Part shown: one piece after another, positions 46,430 to 55,578 of the stretch | How the letters are laid out: the number at the start of each line of letters is the position of its first letter | Numbering within the stretch: position 1 is the stretch's first letter | NCBI GenBank assembly: GCA_963977015.1 | Contig: CAXBMO010000001.1 | Location: 579,524 to 643,523 of the forward strand | Source of the DNA: an uncultured bacterium | GTDB taxonomy: Bacteria > Verrucomicrobiota > Verrucomicrobiia > Verrucomicrobiales > DEV007 | Reading direction: 5' to 3' | Length of the DNA: 64,000 nt | Notes under the pieces: generated by a model | Seen by the model: the letters and a program-made list of their open reading frames with translations, nothing else | The model's database searches: none | Told to the model about the DNA's origin: nothing | Position numbers and translations under genes: made by a program

Positions 46430-47741
46430 AAAAGTCATCGTCCTCGGTGGAGGAATTTGTGGACTGTCGACCGCGCATAGCCTGGCGTCTGATGGTCACG
46501 ACGTGGTCCTGGTCGAAAGCTCAAATCAGCTTGGCGGCCTGGGCACCTACTTCGATTGGAACGGTCGCATGCTCGACAAGTTCTACCATTGCATCATGCC
46601 CAGTGATGATGATCTGCTTCGGTTGATCCGGGATGTGGGAGTTGATGAGAAGTTGTATTGGGAGGCAACCCGTATGGGATTTGTCGTTGGTGGAAAACGG
46701 TATGCCTTCAATGGTGCGCTGGACTTGCTGGGCTTCACCCCGCTCACGTTTGTGGACCGCATTCGGTTTGGAATTGTCAGTCTGCTTCTCCGAAAACTGG
46801 GTGAAGGCAAGGATTTGGACAACATGAGGATCGAGGATTGGTTGACCGGCATTTACGGGGAACGGATTTGGTCAACGCTGCTCAAGCCACTCTTTGTCAG
46901 CAAATTTGGTCCTGCCGCTGGCGACATGCCGGCGTTGTACATCTGGGAGCGACTCGGCCGCGAGAAAAACAAGGCGAGCCGTGGCTATTTGGAAGGTGGC
47001 TTGCACGCCTTGATCGGTGCGATCGAGTCCAAGCTGAAGTCGATGCAGGTGGAAATCAGGTTGAATGCAACCGTCGAAAGCGTGGACGAGTTTGACGGAA
47101 GTGTTCAAGTGAAGCTGAAGGACGGAGAGCTGATGGAAGGTGATTGGTGCGTCTCCACCTTGCCGTTGCCGGTCCTGCGGCGCGCGGTTGGCGGATCTTG
47201 GTTGGCGGAGAAAGTCAACATTCCAGACTTGAACTACCAAGGCGTCGTCAATGGGATGTTCTTTCTCAAACGACCGCTCGACAATTTTTACTGGTCGCCA
47301 GTCATGGGCAGCGGGACTGAGTTTGACGGAATTGTCGAGATGACGGAGTTGGTCCGCACGGAGCACTATGGCGGCCATCACGTCGCCTACGTCATGAAAT
47401 ACTGCGATCGAGACTGTGACCTCTTCAAGGAACCGGAAGAACAAATCGCGGCTCGTTGGAAAGACCAGCTTCTTTCGCTTTATCCCGATTTCTTAAAGGA
47501 TTCGGACATTGCAGATGTCCGCATCTTTAAAGCGCCGTTTGTCGAGCCGGCCTACCCGCTCAACTACAATGCGTTGAAGCCCAGCATCATGGATGGAGAG
47601 TCTCGCCTCTTTCTTGCGACCTCTTCCCAGGTCTATCCTCGAATCACTTCCTGGAATTCGAGCGTTGGCCTGGCAAACCGGGTTGCCCGGCAAGTCAGCG
47701 CCAGAATCGATGCCGAAGCGCCCGCAATTGCCTATGCGTGA
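46413..47741 (+). CDS. FAD-dependent oxidoreductase (amine oxidase/HemY-like fold)
   Basis: VLGGGICGL, ESSNQLGGL, DKFYH, GYLEGG; overlaps the GT2 stop. Confidence 0.85.
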   Translation: MSWRPEKVIVLGGGICGLSTAHSLASDGHDVVLVESSNQLGGLGTYFDWNGRMLDKFYHCIMPSDDDLLRLIRDVGVDEKLYWEATRMGFVVGGKRYAFNGALDLLGFTPLTFVDRIRFGIVSLLLRKLGEGKDLDNMRIEDWLTGIYGERIWSTLLKPLFVSKFGPAAGDMPALYIWERLGREKNKASRGYLEGGLHALIGAIESKLKSMQVEIRLNATVESVDEFDGSVQVKLKDGELMEGDWCVSTLPLPVLRRAVGGSWLAEKVNIPDLNYQGVVNGMFFLKRPLDNFYWSPVMGSGTEFDGIVEMTELVRTEHYGGHHVAYVMKYCDRDCDLFKEPEEQIAARWKDQLLSLYPDFLKDSDIADVRIFKAPFVEPAYPLNYNALKPSIMDGESRLFLATSSQVYPRITSWNSSVGLANRVARQVSARIDAEAPAIAYA

Positions 47742-47789
47742 AATCCAAATGGAGCCTTGACTTGTTCGTGAGGGGAAATTCACTCCCTC

Positions 47790-49019
47790 GTGAGCAACGT
47801 CTTTCAAACACTTAAGGATAGAGGCTTCGTCAAGCAATGCACGGACGAGGCAAAACTGAGCGAGATTCTGGATGAAGAACGCCTGACGTTTTACGCCGGG
47901 TTCGATCCAACGGCGGATAGTCTCCATTGCGGCAGCCTCGTCCCCATCATGGCGATGGCGCATCTGCAAAAGGCTGGTCACAAGGCGATTGCGCTTCTCG
48001 GGGGAGGAACGACGATGGTCGGCGATCCCAGCGGAAAGACCGAGCTGCGGAAGATGATGTCGCTCGAGCAGATTCGGGAAAACGCGGAGGGAATCTCCAA
48101 GCAGCTTTCGCGTTACATTGATGTGGAAGGGGAGAATGGCGTCATGCTGAACAACGCCGATTGGTTGCTCAGCCTCAACTACGTGGAGTTTCTCCGCGAA
48201 ATCGGGCGTCATTTTCGCGTCAACGAAATGCTTCGCGCGGAATCCTACCGCGCGCGGCTCGAGCGTGAGGAAGGGCTCAGTTTTATTGAGTTCAACTACC
48301 AGCTTCTCCAAGCCTACGATTTCCTGCGGCTCTTCCGCGAGCAGGGGTGCACGCTCCAAATTGGAGGAGATGACCAATGGGGAAACATCCTCGCGGGAAC
48401 GGATCTGATTCGCCGCAAGGAACAAGGGGAGGGGTTTGGACTGACCTTTCCGCTCTTGACCACCGCTCGGGGAGAGAAGATGGGGAAAACGGCGAAAGGC
48501 GCGGTTTGGCTCGATGCAGGTCGCACCTCGCCCTACGAATTCTTCCAATATTGGCGAAATTGCGATGACCGCGATGTTCGGCGCTTCCTGGCTTACTTCA
48601 CCTTTTTGCCGATGGATGAGGTGGATAAACTGGGTTCGTTGGAAGGTGCGAAGATCAACGAAGCCAAGGAAATTCTCGCCTTTGAGGTTACCAAGCTCCT
48701 TCACGGGGAGGACCAGGCCAGGGAAGCTCAAAGCGGGTTTCAAAAAGCCAAGGAAGGCGCCGACGCGACTGCGGTTCCTTCTTCGACCTACGCGGCAGCC
48801 AAACTGGAGGCCGGAATTCCGGTGCTCGATCTGTTTGCAGAGACGGGCCTCGCCAAGTCAAAAGGAGAGGCAAGAAGACTGGTTCAGCAGGGCGGCGCTT
48901 ACATCAACGGTGAATCGGTTGGCTCCATCGAACTTGTCGTGACGACAGAGCATGTTCAGGATGGTGCGATTCTGCTTCGTTTCGGAAAGAAGAAGTTTCA
49001 TCGCGTCGTTTTGGAATGA
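47790..49019 (+). CDS. tyrS: Tyrosine--tRNA ligase
   Basis: YAGFDPTADSLHCG, GDPSGK, EFNYQLLQAYDF, QIGGDDQWGN, KMGKT, C-terminal S4 domain. Confidence 0.98.
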   Translation: MSNVFQTLKDRGFVKQCTDEAKLSEILDEERLTFYAGFDPTADSLHCGSLVPIMAMAHLQKAGHKAIALLGGGTTMVGDPSGKTELRKMMSLEQIRENAEGISKQLSRYIDVEGENGVMLNNADWLLSLNYVEFLREIGRHFRVNEMLRAESYRARLEREEGLSFIEFNYQLLQAYDFLRLFREQGCTLQIGGDDQWGNILAGTDLIRRKEQGEGFGLTFPLLTTARGEKMGKTAKGAVWLDAGRTSPYEFFQYWRNCDDRDVRRFLAYFTFLPMDEVDKLGSLEGAKINEAKEILAFEVTKLLHGEDQAREAQSGFQKAKEGADATAVPSSTYAAAKLEAGIPVLDLFAETGLAKSKGEARRLVQQGGAYINGESVGSIELVVTTEHVQDGAILLRFGKKKFHRVVLE

Positions 49020-49078
49020 CGCTTTTGTGACGTTTCGAGCTAGGCTTTCGCCAAAGGCTAGGGCAATCTAGGTGAATT

Positions 49079-51955
49079 GTGCGGTTTTCCTACTACAACC
49101 CACTTGCAAGAATCATCGCGATCCTGGCGATCGCGGGTGGGGGATTCCTCGCCCCATTTGGGAACGCCCAGTCCAATCTGCCTGCTCCGGGAGCCTTCAC
49201 GTCGACTGAATTGCTCGCCAAGGCGCGGGAGGCGTTTCGTCAGGGCGATTTCGTCAACGCCGAGGCGTATTTTGAGGCTTTCGATCGCGACTTTGGCGCG
49301 GAACCTCAGGTCGCCCAGATCATTGAGCAAAACAAACCGCTGATCGCCCTGTGCAAAATCAGCCTCAGGAAGCTTCCTGAGGCTGTTCCGTTCATTGAGG
49401 CGTCCATCGCCCTGCCAAAGTTGCCCCGCGACATTCTCGAAGAACTCACCTTCTGGTTGGGAATTCACTACATGCAGGTTGGCGAGCATCGAACCGCCCA
49501 GGAATGGTTTGGAAAGTTCTACAAGCAGTCCGACTTCAGTGGAAACAAGCGGTCGGAGGCGCTCGTGATGTTCGGGACGTGCTATGTTCTGCAGGGGTAT
49601 CACCGGACTGCGGGCGAGTTCTTTGAGGCGCAGATTCCCAGATTACAGAGTAGTGAGGCGGCTCGGGAGTTTGCCGGTCGGGCCATCGTGATGCGTTTGC
49701 ATTCGCTACTTCAGGCCGAGGACTTTGACGCAGCGCTTCAACTGGTGAAGGACGCCTACCCAAACATGGGCGACATCAGCCAGCTCGTCTCGTTCCAGAC
49801 GCTATCGCTTCAACTGGGATCCAAGTTGATGGAGGCCCGGCGCTTTCACGATGCCATTGCCTGCCTCCAACGAATCTGGACGCAGGAACGTTTGCTCAAG
49901 CATCAGAAATCACGCCTGATCGAACTGAAATTGCGTCGCGATGTGCTTCAGAGCGATCCTCGTCGCCAAAGTGCGGCTTTCCAACTCGATGGAATGATCA
50001 AGCGGGTTGAGCGAGAGATCGCGAACTTCGAAAACATCAACGAGTTTGATGCCGCGCTTCGGTTTCGTCTTGCGATGTGCTTTCAAGGGTTGGAGCGATA
50101 TCGCGAGGCGGCCCTGATCATGGAAGACATGCTCCAGGCCATGCCGCCAAGTCCGATCGTGGAATCTGCCTCCATGGCCGTGATTCAGTGCTGGATGCAA
50201 TTGCAACGCTGGCCGCGCGCGCTCAAATCTGCTGAGGATTATCTACTGACGTTTGGCGATGATCCCGACAATCAGAATCTCCCGCAAGTGTTCTTCATGC
50301 AGGCTGACGCGCTTGCTCAGATGCAGCAACTCGATGACGCCAGCTTCACCTATGGCCAGGTGGTGACGCTGTTTCCCGATTCAGAGTTGAAGCCGAAAGC
50401 GCTTTTCATGGAGGGATTCCTCAATTTGCAGATGGATTTGAATGAGTCGGCGGTCGCCATTTTTGATCGCTTTTTGGCTGAGCACAAAGGTCACCCACAG
50501 GAGCAGGATGCCGACTACTGGAAGGGGATGGCTTTCAGCTTTGCCACGGATTACGCGAAAACCCAGGCACACATGCGGGCCTATCTCGATGCCTATGAGA
50601 ACGCGAAGTATGAGAGCGAGGCAACGTTCCGAATCGCCTACTGCACGTTTTGTGAAGCCGATTACGTGACCGCCATCGATCAGTTTCGCAGCTATCTCGA
50701 ATCCTACGGAGACGACTCGCCGAACGCCGATGAGGCGAAGCTTCTGATGGGCGATGCATTGCTTGGCGAAGGTTTGGCCGAGGAGGGAATCGCGGCCTAC
50801 AAGTCGATCAATCCGGCTTCGACGCGCTTTTTCGAAGATGGATGGTTCAAGGTCGGGAAGGCCTACAAGCTGCTTGAGGAGGTTGAGAAAATGCGCGGCC
50901 ATTACCAGGAGTTCCTGACGCGGTTTCCAACGAGCAAGCGCATGCCGGAGGCTGTCTATTGGATTGGCTGGACCTATGTGACTGAGGAAAAGCTGGATGA
51001 GGCGAAGGCCGCCTATTGGGAGACGATTCGCGTACATGGAGACGACCCCGCTCTCTACTCCATTTCGGAATTGTTTGATGGATTGCCCAAGGTTTATCGG
51101 AGAGAGGGACCCCAGGCGATCGCCAAGCTCAAGACCGAGATTCGCCAGCTTCAGGATGAAGCTCGGGCGGAAAAGAAGAAAACCCTCGAGCTTCGGGCCG
51201 CCTGGGCAGAGTCCAAGTTGACCCGCCCGGACAACGAGTTGCTTGCCAATCATCAACTGACGAGAGCCAGCGAACTGATTGATCCGGAAATCCATAATCC
51301 ACAGATCATTGCCGATTGTGCGGACGCAGCCCTGGCGACGGATAGCCTCGCCATCGCCGAAAAGCTCTACACCGATCTTCGCAAGTGGCATCCCAATTCC
51401 TATCACAAGGCGAGGGCCTACGCGGGACTCGGATACATCGCGAAAGCCCAGGGAAGAAACGCCGACGCGATCTCTCATTTCGAGATGTTTGAGAAAGAGG
51501 CGATCTCGTCGACCGAACTCCCTGACGTCATCCTCGCGAAGGCAGAAATTCAGGTGGAGGAAGGACTCATGGGAAATGCCCGAAACGCGCTGGAGGGAAT
51601 TTTGGAGGAGAAATCCGTTTCCAGTTTGAACAAGGCCCAAGCGCTGATGGGGCTGGGGGATTTGTTGGTCAGGGACCAGCAGGATCGCAAAGCCATCGCC
51701 TATTATGAGCGGCTTTATGTCGTTTATGGACGTTACCGGGATTTGGTGGCGAAAGCGTATTTGCGAAGAGGGGAAGCGTTGGAGCGCTTGGAACAACCCC
51801 GGGAAGCCTTCCAGGTTTACCAGGAATTGTCACAACGGGAGGATCTGCGCGATTTCCCGGAAGCGATCACCGCCGAAAAGCGCGCCGACACTCTGGAACC
51901 AACCCTTCCTCCGGAACCGGAAGAAGTCACCCCACCAGCGAACGACGACGTATGA
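49079..51955 (+). CDS. Large exported tetratricopeptide repeat protein
   Basis: Signal peptide and many TPR-like helical repeats (ADYWKGMAF, ATFRIAYC, AVYWIGW, AYLRRGEAL). Confidence 0.88.
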   Translation: MRFSYYNPLARIIAILAIAGGGFLAPFGNAQSNLPAPGAFTSTELLAKAREAFRQGDFVNAEAYFEAFDRDFGAEPQVAQIIEQNKPLIALCKISLRKLPEAVPFIEASIALPKLPRDILEELTFWLGIHYMQVGEHRTAQEWFGKFYKQSDFSGNKRSEALVMFGTCYVLQGYHRTAGEFFEAQIPRLQSSEAAREFAGRAIVMRLHSLLQAEDFDAALQLVKDAYPNMGDISQLVSFQTLSLQLGSKLMEARRFHDAIACLQRIWTQERLLKHQKSRLIELKLRRDVLQSDPRRQSAAFQLDGMIKRVEREIANFENINEFDAALRFRLAMCFQGLERYREAALIMEDMLQAMPPSPIVESASMAVIQCWMQLQRWPRALKSAEDYLLTFGDDPDNQNLPQVFFMQADALAQMQQLDDASFTYGQVVTLFPDSELKPKALFMEGFLNLQMDLNESAVAIFDRFLAEHKGHPQEQDADYWKGMAFSFATDYAKTQAHMRAYLDAYENAKYESEATFRIAYCTFCEADYVTAIDQFRSYLESYGDDSPNADEAKLLMGDALLGEGLAEEGIAAYKSINPASTRFFEDGWFKVGKAYKLLEEVEKMRGHYQEFLTRFPTSKRMPEAVYWIGWTYVTEEKLDEAKAAYWETIRVHGDDPALYSISELFDGLPKVYRREGPQAIAKLKTEIRQLQDEARAEKKKTLELRAAWAESKLTRPDNELLANHQLTRASELIDPEIHNPQIIADCADAALATDSLAIAEKLYTDLRKWHPNSYHKARAYAGLGYIAKAQGRNADAISHFEMFEKEAISSTELPDVILAKAEIQVEEGLMGNARNALEGILEEKSVSSLNKAQALMGLGDLLVRDQQDRKAIAYYERLYVVYGRYRDLVAKAYLRRGEALERLEQPREAFQVYQELSQREDLRDFPEAITAEKRADTLEPTLPPEPEEVTPPANDDV

Positions 51956-52821
51956 AGGTTCCTTTTATCATTCTGTCGCTTTGCCTCGCCTTGTCCGATG
52001 ACGGCGTGGCTGAAGACCTGATTATGTTGAAGAACGGCAACGCGCTTGAAGGGGAACTTCTTAGCCTCAGCGATGAATATGCAACGCTCAGAATTCGTGG
52101 GGAAGTCGGTTCTTCGACCGGGCGAATTGCCTACCGCAATATTGATTATATAGAGTTCTCCGCCATTCCGGGAGAAGACACGGCCAGTGATGTCGACTCG
52201 CTCGAGAAAATTTGGGAGCAAAAGCAAAAGCTTCTGTCGCAGCCACGTTCCAATGCCGGGGAGATAGGGTTGAGCTTTGCGGAGAAGCTTTTGGAGACTT
52301 CGAACAAGTTCACTCAGGAACGGGCGCTCGGAATCTTTGCGTTGATCGAGGAAAAGGACTGGAATACCGAGAATCATCCCCGGGCCAAGCAAGGTCGCCT
52401 GCGTTCCATGATTGCCCTTGGATCGATCAACGAAGCCATGAGCGAGGCTCGTCGCATGGCCGAAGGGGCGGAAGAGAACCCAAGAGTGTTGATCGAGGCA
52501 AATTACGTCTTGGCCACAGCGGAATTTGATCAGCTCAAGAGCGTCGAAGAGGAAAACCCTCGTTGGGAAGTCGATGACGAGGTTCGGCCGGTTCGGAATC
52601 GGCACTTCAATGCGGCGTTGGATCAGTTTCTCTTCCCCTATCTGTTTTACGGTTCGGAAGAAGAAGCCTCCGCTCGCGGATTGATCGCCGCGGCAGAGGT
52701 CTATCAATATGCCAAAGACACCGCGAACGCGAGGTTGTGTGCCGAAGATGTCGTGAAACTCTATCCCAATACCAAACACCGCAAACGCGCCGACGAACTC
52801 CTTGCCAAGCTTTCCCCATGA
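51952..52821 (+). CDS. Exported protein with N-terminal beta domain and TPR-like C-terminus
   Basis: Signal peptide, DLIMLKNGNALEGEL, ALDQFLFPYLFYG, VVKLYPNT; ATGA overlaps at both ends. Confidence 0.75.
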   Translation: MKVPFIILSLCLALSDDGVAEDLIMLKNGNALEGELLSLSDEYATLRIRGEVGSSTGRIAYRNIDYIEFSAIPGEDTASDVDSLEKIWEQKQKLLSQPRSNAGEIGLSFAEKLLETSNKFTQERALGIFALIEEKDWNTENHPRAKQGRLRSMIALGSINEAMSEARRMAEGAEENPRVLIEANYVLATAEFDQLKSVEEENPRWEVDDEVRPVRNRHFNAALDQFLFPYLFYGSEEEASARGLIAAAEVYQYAKDTANARLCAEDVVKLYPNTKHRKRADELLAKLSP

Positions 52822-53582
52822 ATCGAAACCGAACAAGACTCATCCTCGCCACGTTGTTGCTGGCTGTGATTCCCATTCTTGCCCAAGCGCAGGAACGTGT
52901 GACGGAATCCGAAGTCGAAACGACCAAGACCCTGATTGATTACTACAAATCAGGTGGGCCGGTCATGCATGTATTGCTGGTGGGATCCGTCATCACCATC
53001 GCCTTGACCGTCTATTGCTTCATTGCGGTCAACCCGGGGAGAATGGTTCCGAAACGGTTGGTGGAAAGTACCAATCGCGCGATGGCCCAACGGGATATCC
53101 AGAATGCCTATTCCTTATGTAACGAGAATCCCTGTAGCTTTAGCAAGTGTGTTTCGAACGCGCTTCTCAAAGTCAATTTCGACCGCGACCTGGCGAACAA
53201 GGATTCCATGATGATCTCCGCCGAGGACACGTTGGAACAGGAGGAAACCAAGCAGATGATCTGGATCAACTATCTCAATACGGTTTCGACCCTGGCGCCC
53301 ATGGTTGGACTCTTCGGAACGGTCATGGGAATGATTCAGGCGTTCGACGCTCTTTCCGCCGGAAAGTCGGAGCCTGCCGAGTTGGCTGGTGGAATTGGAA
53401 CGGCCATGTTGACGACGGCCGGGGGCTTGATTGTCGGAATTCCGGCGATGTTCTTCTACTTCTTTTTCCGGAACCGCCTTTCGTCCATCACCACCGAGAT
53501 CCAAAAGAACTTCAGCTTCGCGATCGACGTCCTTTCCGGGGAAATCCAGTTGGAAGGAAGCGTGGAACCAACTGCGGAATAA
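52818..53582 (+). CDS. MotA/TolQ/ExbB proton channel protein
   Basis: GGPVM, APMVGLFGTVMGMIQAF, LAGGIGTAMLTTAGGLIVGIPA. Confidence 0.93.
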   Translation: MNRNRTRLILATLLLAVIPILAQAQERVTESEVETTKTLIDYYKSGGPVMHVLLVGSVITIALTVYCFIAVNPGRMVPKRLVESTNRAMAQRDIQNAYSLCNENPCSFSKCVSNALLKVNFDRDLANKDSMMISAEDTLEQEETKQMIWINYLNTVSTLAPMVGLFGTVMGMIQAFDALSAGKSEPAELAGGIGTAMLTTAGGLIVGIPAMFFYFFFRNRLSSITTEIQKNFSFAIDVLSGEIQLEGSVEPTAE

Positions 53583-53586
53583 GACG

Positions 53587-53994
53587 ATGGCGCGAAGGAA
53601 AAAGACAGAAACACCGGTTAGTTTTCAGATCACTCCCATGATCGATATGACCTTCTTGTTGTTGGTCTTTTTCATGATCACGTCCACCCTCACCGAACAA
53701 AAGGTCAAGAAGGACATCAGGCTCCCGGAAGCGAAGGCTTCCATCACCCCGGACGATCTCTCGAACCGGGATGTCATCAATATCGATGGAAACGGCGACT
53801 TCTTTATCGCGGATCGCAAAGTGAGCAAGGATGAGATGATGGTCTACCTGAAGAAGCGTTTCGAAGTTCATCCCCCGCTCAGGATCTACCTTCGAGCTGA
53901 CAAGGATACGCCCGCGAAAGTCACCGGAGAGTTCATGGACATGGCCGCTGAGGCGGGAGCAACCAATGTGATTTTTGGCGTGTTAAACGATTAA
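53587..53994 (+). CDS. ExbD/TolR protein
   Basis: QITPMIDMTFLLLVFFMI, IRLP, YLRADKD. Confidence 0.92.
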   Translation: MARRKKTETPVSFQITPMIDMTFLLLVFFMITSTLTEQKVKKDIRLPEAKASITPDDLSNRDVINIDGNGDFFIADRKVSKDEMMVYLKKRFEVHPPLRIYLRADKDTPAKVTGEFMDMAAEAGATNVIFGVLND

Positions 53995-53998
53995 CGGC

Positions 53999-54469
53999 AT
54001 GGCGAGAAGACGACGCAGAAGGAAGAGACAGGCCGAAGAGGTCGAGATGCAGATGGGACCCATGATCGACATGGTCTTTCTTCTGTTGGTCTTCTTCATG
54101 GTCTCAGCCAAGCCGATCAAGGAGGAGAGCGACATCAATATTGGCTTGCCGGGTAAGGTGGAGCAGTCTGAAGCCCTGGATATTCCTGACGAACAGCGGG
54201 TCATCATTCAGGCGAACGGAACCGTGATTCTCAACGATCTGCCGCTCGGGACTCCGGAAGATACAAAGCTTCAGGAATTGGTGAACGTGTTGACGCGATT
54301 CAAGGAATCCGCGGAAGCCAACAAGGCCAAGGCGTTGGTGACGGTTGCTCCGGAGCCGACCGTGCCTCATCAGCGGGTGGTCGACGTGCTCAATGCGTGC
54401 GCCATTGCCGAAATTCGGGGGATTACGTTTGATACCGCGACAGCCGGGGGAGGCGGCGACGACTTTTAG
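53999..54469 (+). CDS. Second ExbD/TolR protein
   Basis: QMGPMIDMVFLLLVFFMV, HQRVVDVLNAC. Confidence 0.92.
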   Translation: MARRRRRRKRQAEEVEMQMGPMIDMVFLLLVFFMVSAKPIKEESDINIGLPGKVEQSEALDIPDEQRVIIQANGTVILNDLPLGTPEDTKLQELVNVLTRFKESAEANKAKALVTVAPEPTVPHQRVVDVLNACAIAEIRGITFDTATAGGGGDDF

Positions 54470-54470
54470 G

Positions 54471-55532
54471 ATGCGACTTCAATCCGCCGATCACGGAAAA
54501 CGCAACGCGAGCGAATCAAAGGAGAAGAAGCGGCGTTTGGGGCTGGTCGTTTCGATCTTCATTGGGGTGATTCTCTTTCACCTCGCTCTGATTCCAGTGG
54601 CGGCCGTTTTTGTGCTCATGAAGTATTACAAGGAGCCGGAAGCCGTCTTTGAAGTTCCGCCCAAACAGATCAAGATTCCGCCCAAGACGCCCGAACACAA
54701 AATGAACGTGGCCAAGCACGAGGCGAGCCGCCCAAAACCCACGTTTACGGAAAAACTCGTCAGCACCCGGCCAACCGAGTTCGCCCTGCCGGATCTGCCA
54801 ATGGTCGATCTGGACCAGATGATGCCGCTCGACCCGAGCGAACTGATCAGCGATCAGGTTTCCAGTATGATGGGAAGTTCCGGGATTGGCCGAGGGATGG
54901 GAAATGGCTTGTTGGGAGGAGGTGGCAGCGGTTCCGGCATGAGTTTCTTCGGAATAGAGGCGGAGGGAAATCGCATCATGCTGCTGTTTGATGTTTCGTC
55001 ATCCGTCGTCAACAAGGCAGAGCAATCCGGTGTGCCGCTGGAGAAGATTCAGGAAGAAACGATCAAGCTGATCAAGAGTTTGCCCCTCGATAGCCGTTTT
55101 GGGATGATTCAGTTCACTGGAAACTACAAAAATTACAGTGATCAACTCGTGGTCGCGACTTCTGCGAACAAAGAGAACGCCACTAAATGGGTCGAAAGCG
55201 AATGGGTCACCGCCGGAACCATGTCTGCGGCATCCCGGGGCGTGACCTCCAATCTGCGGGGATTGGTCGGTGTTCTGGAGATGGCCTTTACGATGCAGCC
55301 AGACGTGATTTGGCTGATTTCTGATGGAAGCTTCCAGTGGCGACCGACCGGGGGCCTCGTCAATGTTCCCTATCCGGAGCTGAAACGGGAACTGCAAAAA
55401 TGGCAGGATGCGGCTGGAACCAAGGTCCCCATTCACTTCATCGGCTTCCAGATGAAATCCGACGATGAGAGCGAATGGAAGCGCATTGTGCGGCGCTACG
55501 GGGGGAAGTTGAAGGAGATCAAGGGTAACTGA
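54471..55532 (+). CDS. Membrane-anchored vWA domain protein
   Basis: N-terminal TM with His, Pro/Lys-rich spacer, Gly-rich linker, SFFG, LLFDVSSS MIDAS, WLISDG, IHFIGF. Confidence 0.8.
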   Translation: MRLQSADHGKRNASESKEKKRRLGLVVSIFIGVILFHLALIPVAAVFVLMKYYKEPEAVFEVPPKQIKIPPKTPEHKMNVAKHEASRPKPTFTEKLVSTRPTEFALPDLPMVDLDQMMPLDPSELISDQVSSMMGSSGIGRGMGNGLLGGGGSGSGMSFFGIEAEGNRIMLLFDVSSSVVNKAEQSGVPLEKIQEETIKLIKSLPLDSRFGMIQFTGNYKNYSDQLVVATSANKENATKWVESEWVTAGTMSAASRGVTSNLRGLVGVLEMAFTMQPDVIWLISDGSFQWRPTGGLVNVPYPELKRELQKWQDAAGTKVPIHFIGFQMKSDDESEWKRIVRRYGGKLKEIKGN

Positions 55533-55578
55533 TCAACTTTTTCGTAGAAAAGGCGCTCTTCCTGCGTTGGTTAGAGTC

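Noticed and set aside
47493-48743. 416-aa minus-strand ORF
   Set aside because: Antisense to tyrS
50381-51796. 471-aa minus-strand ORF
   Set aside because: Antisense shadow of the TPR gene
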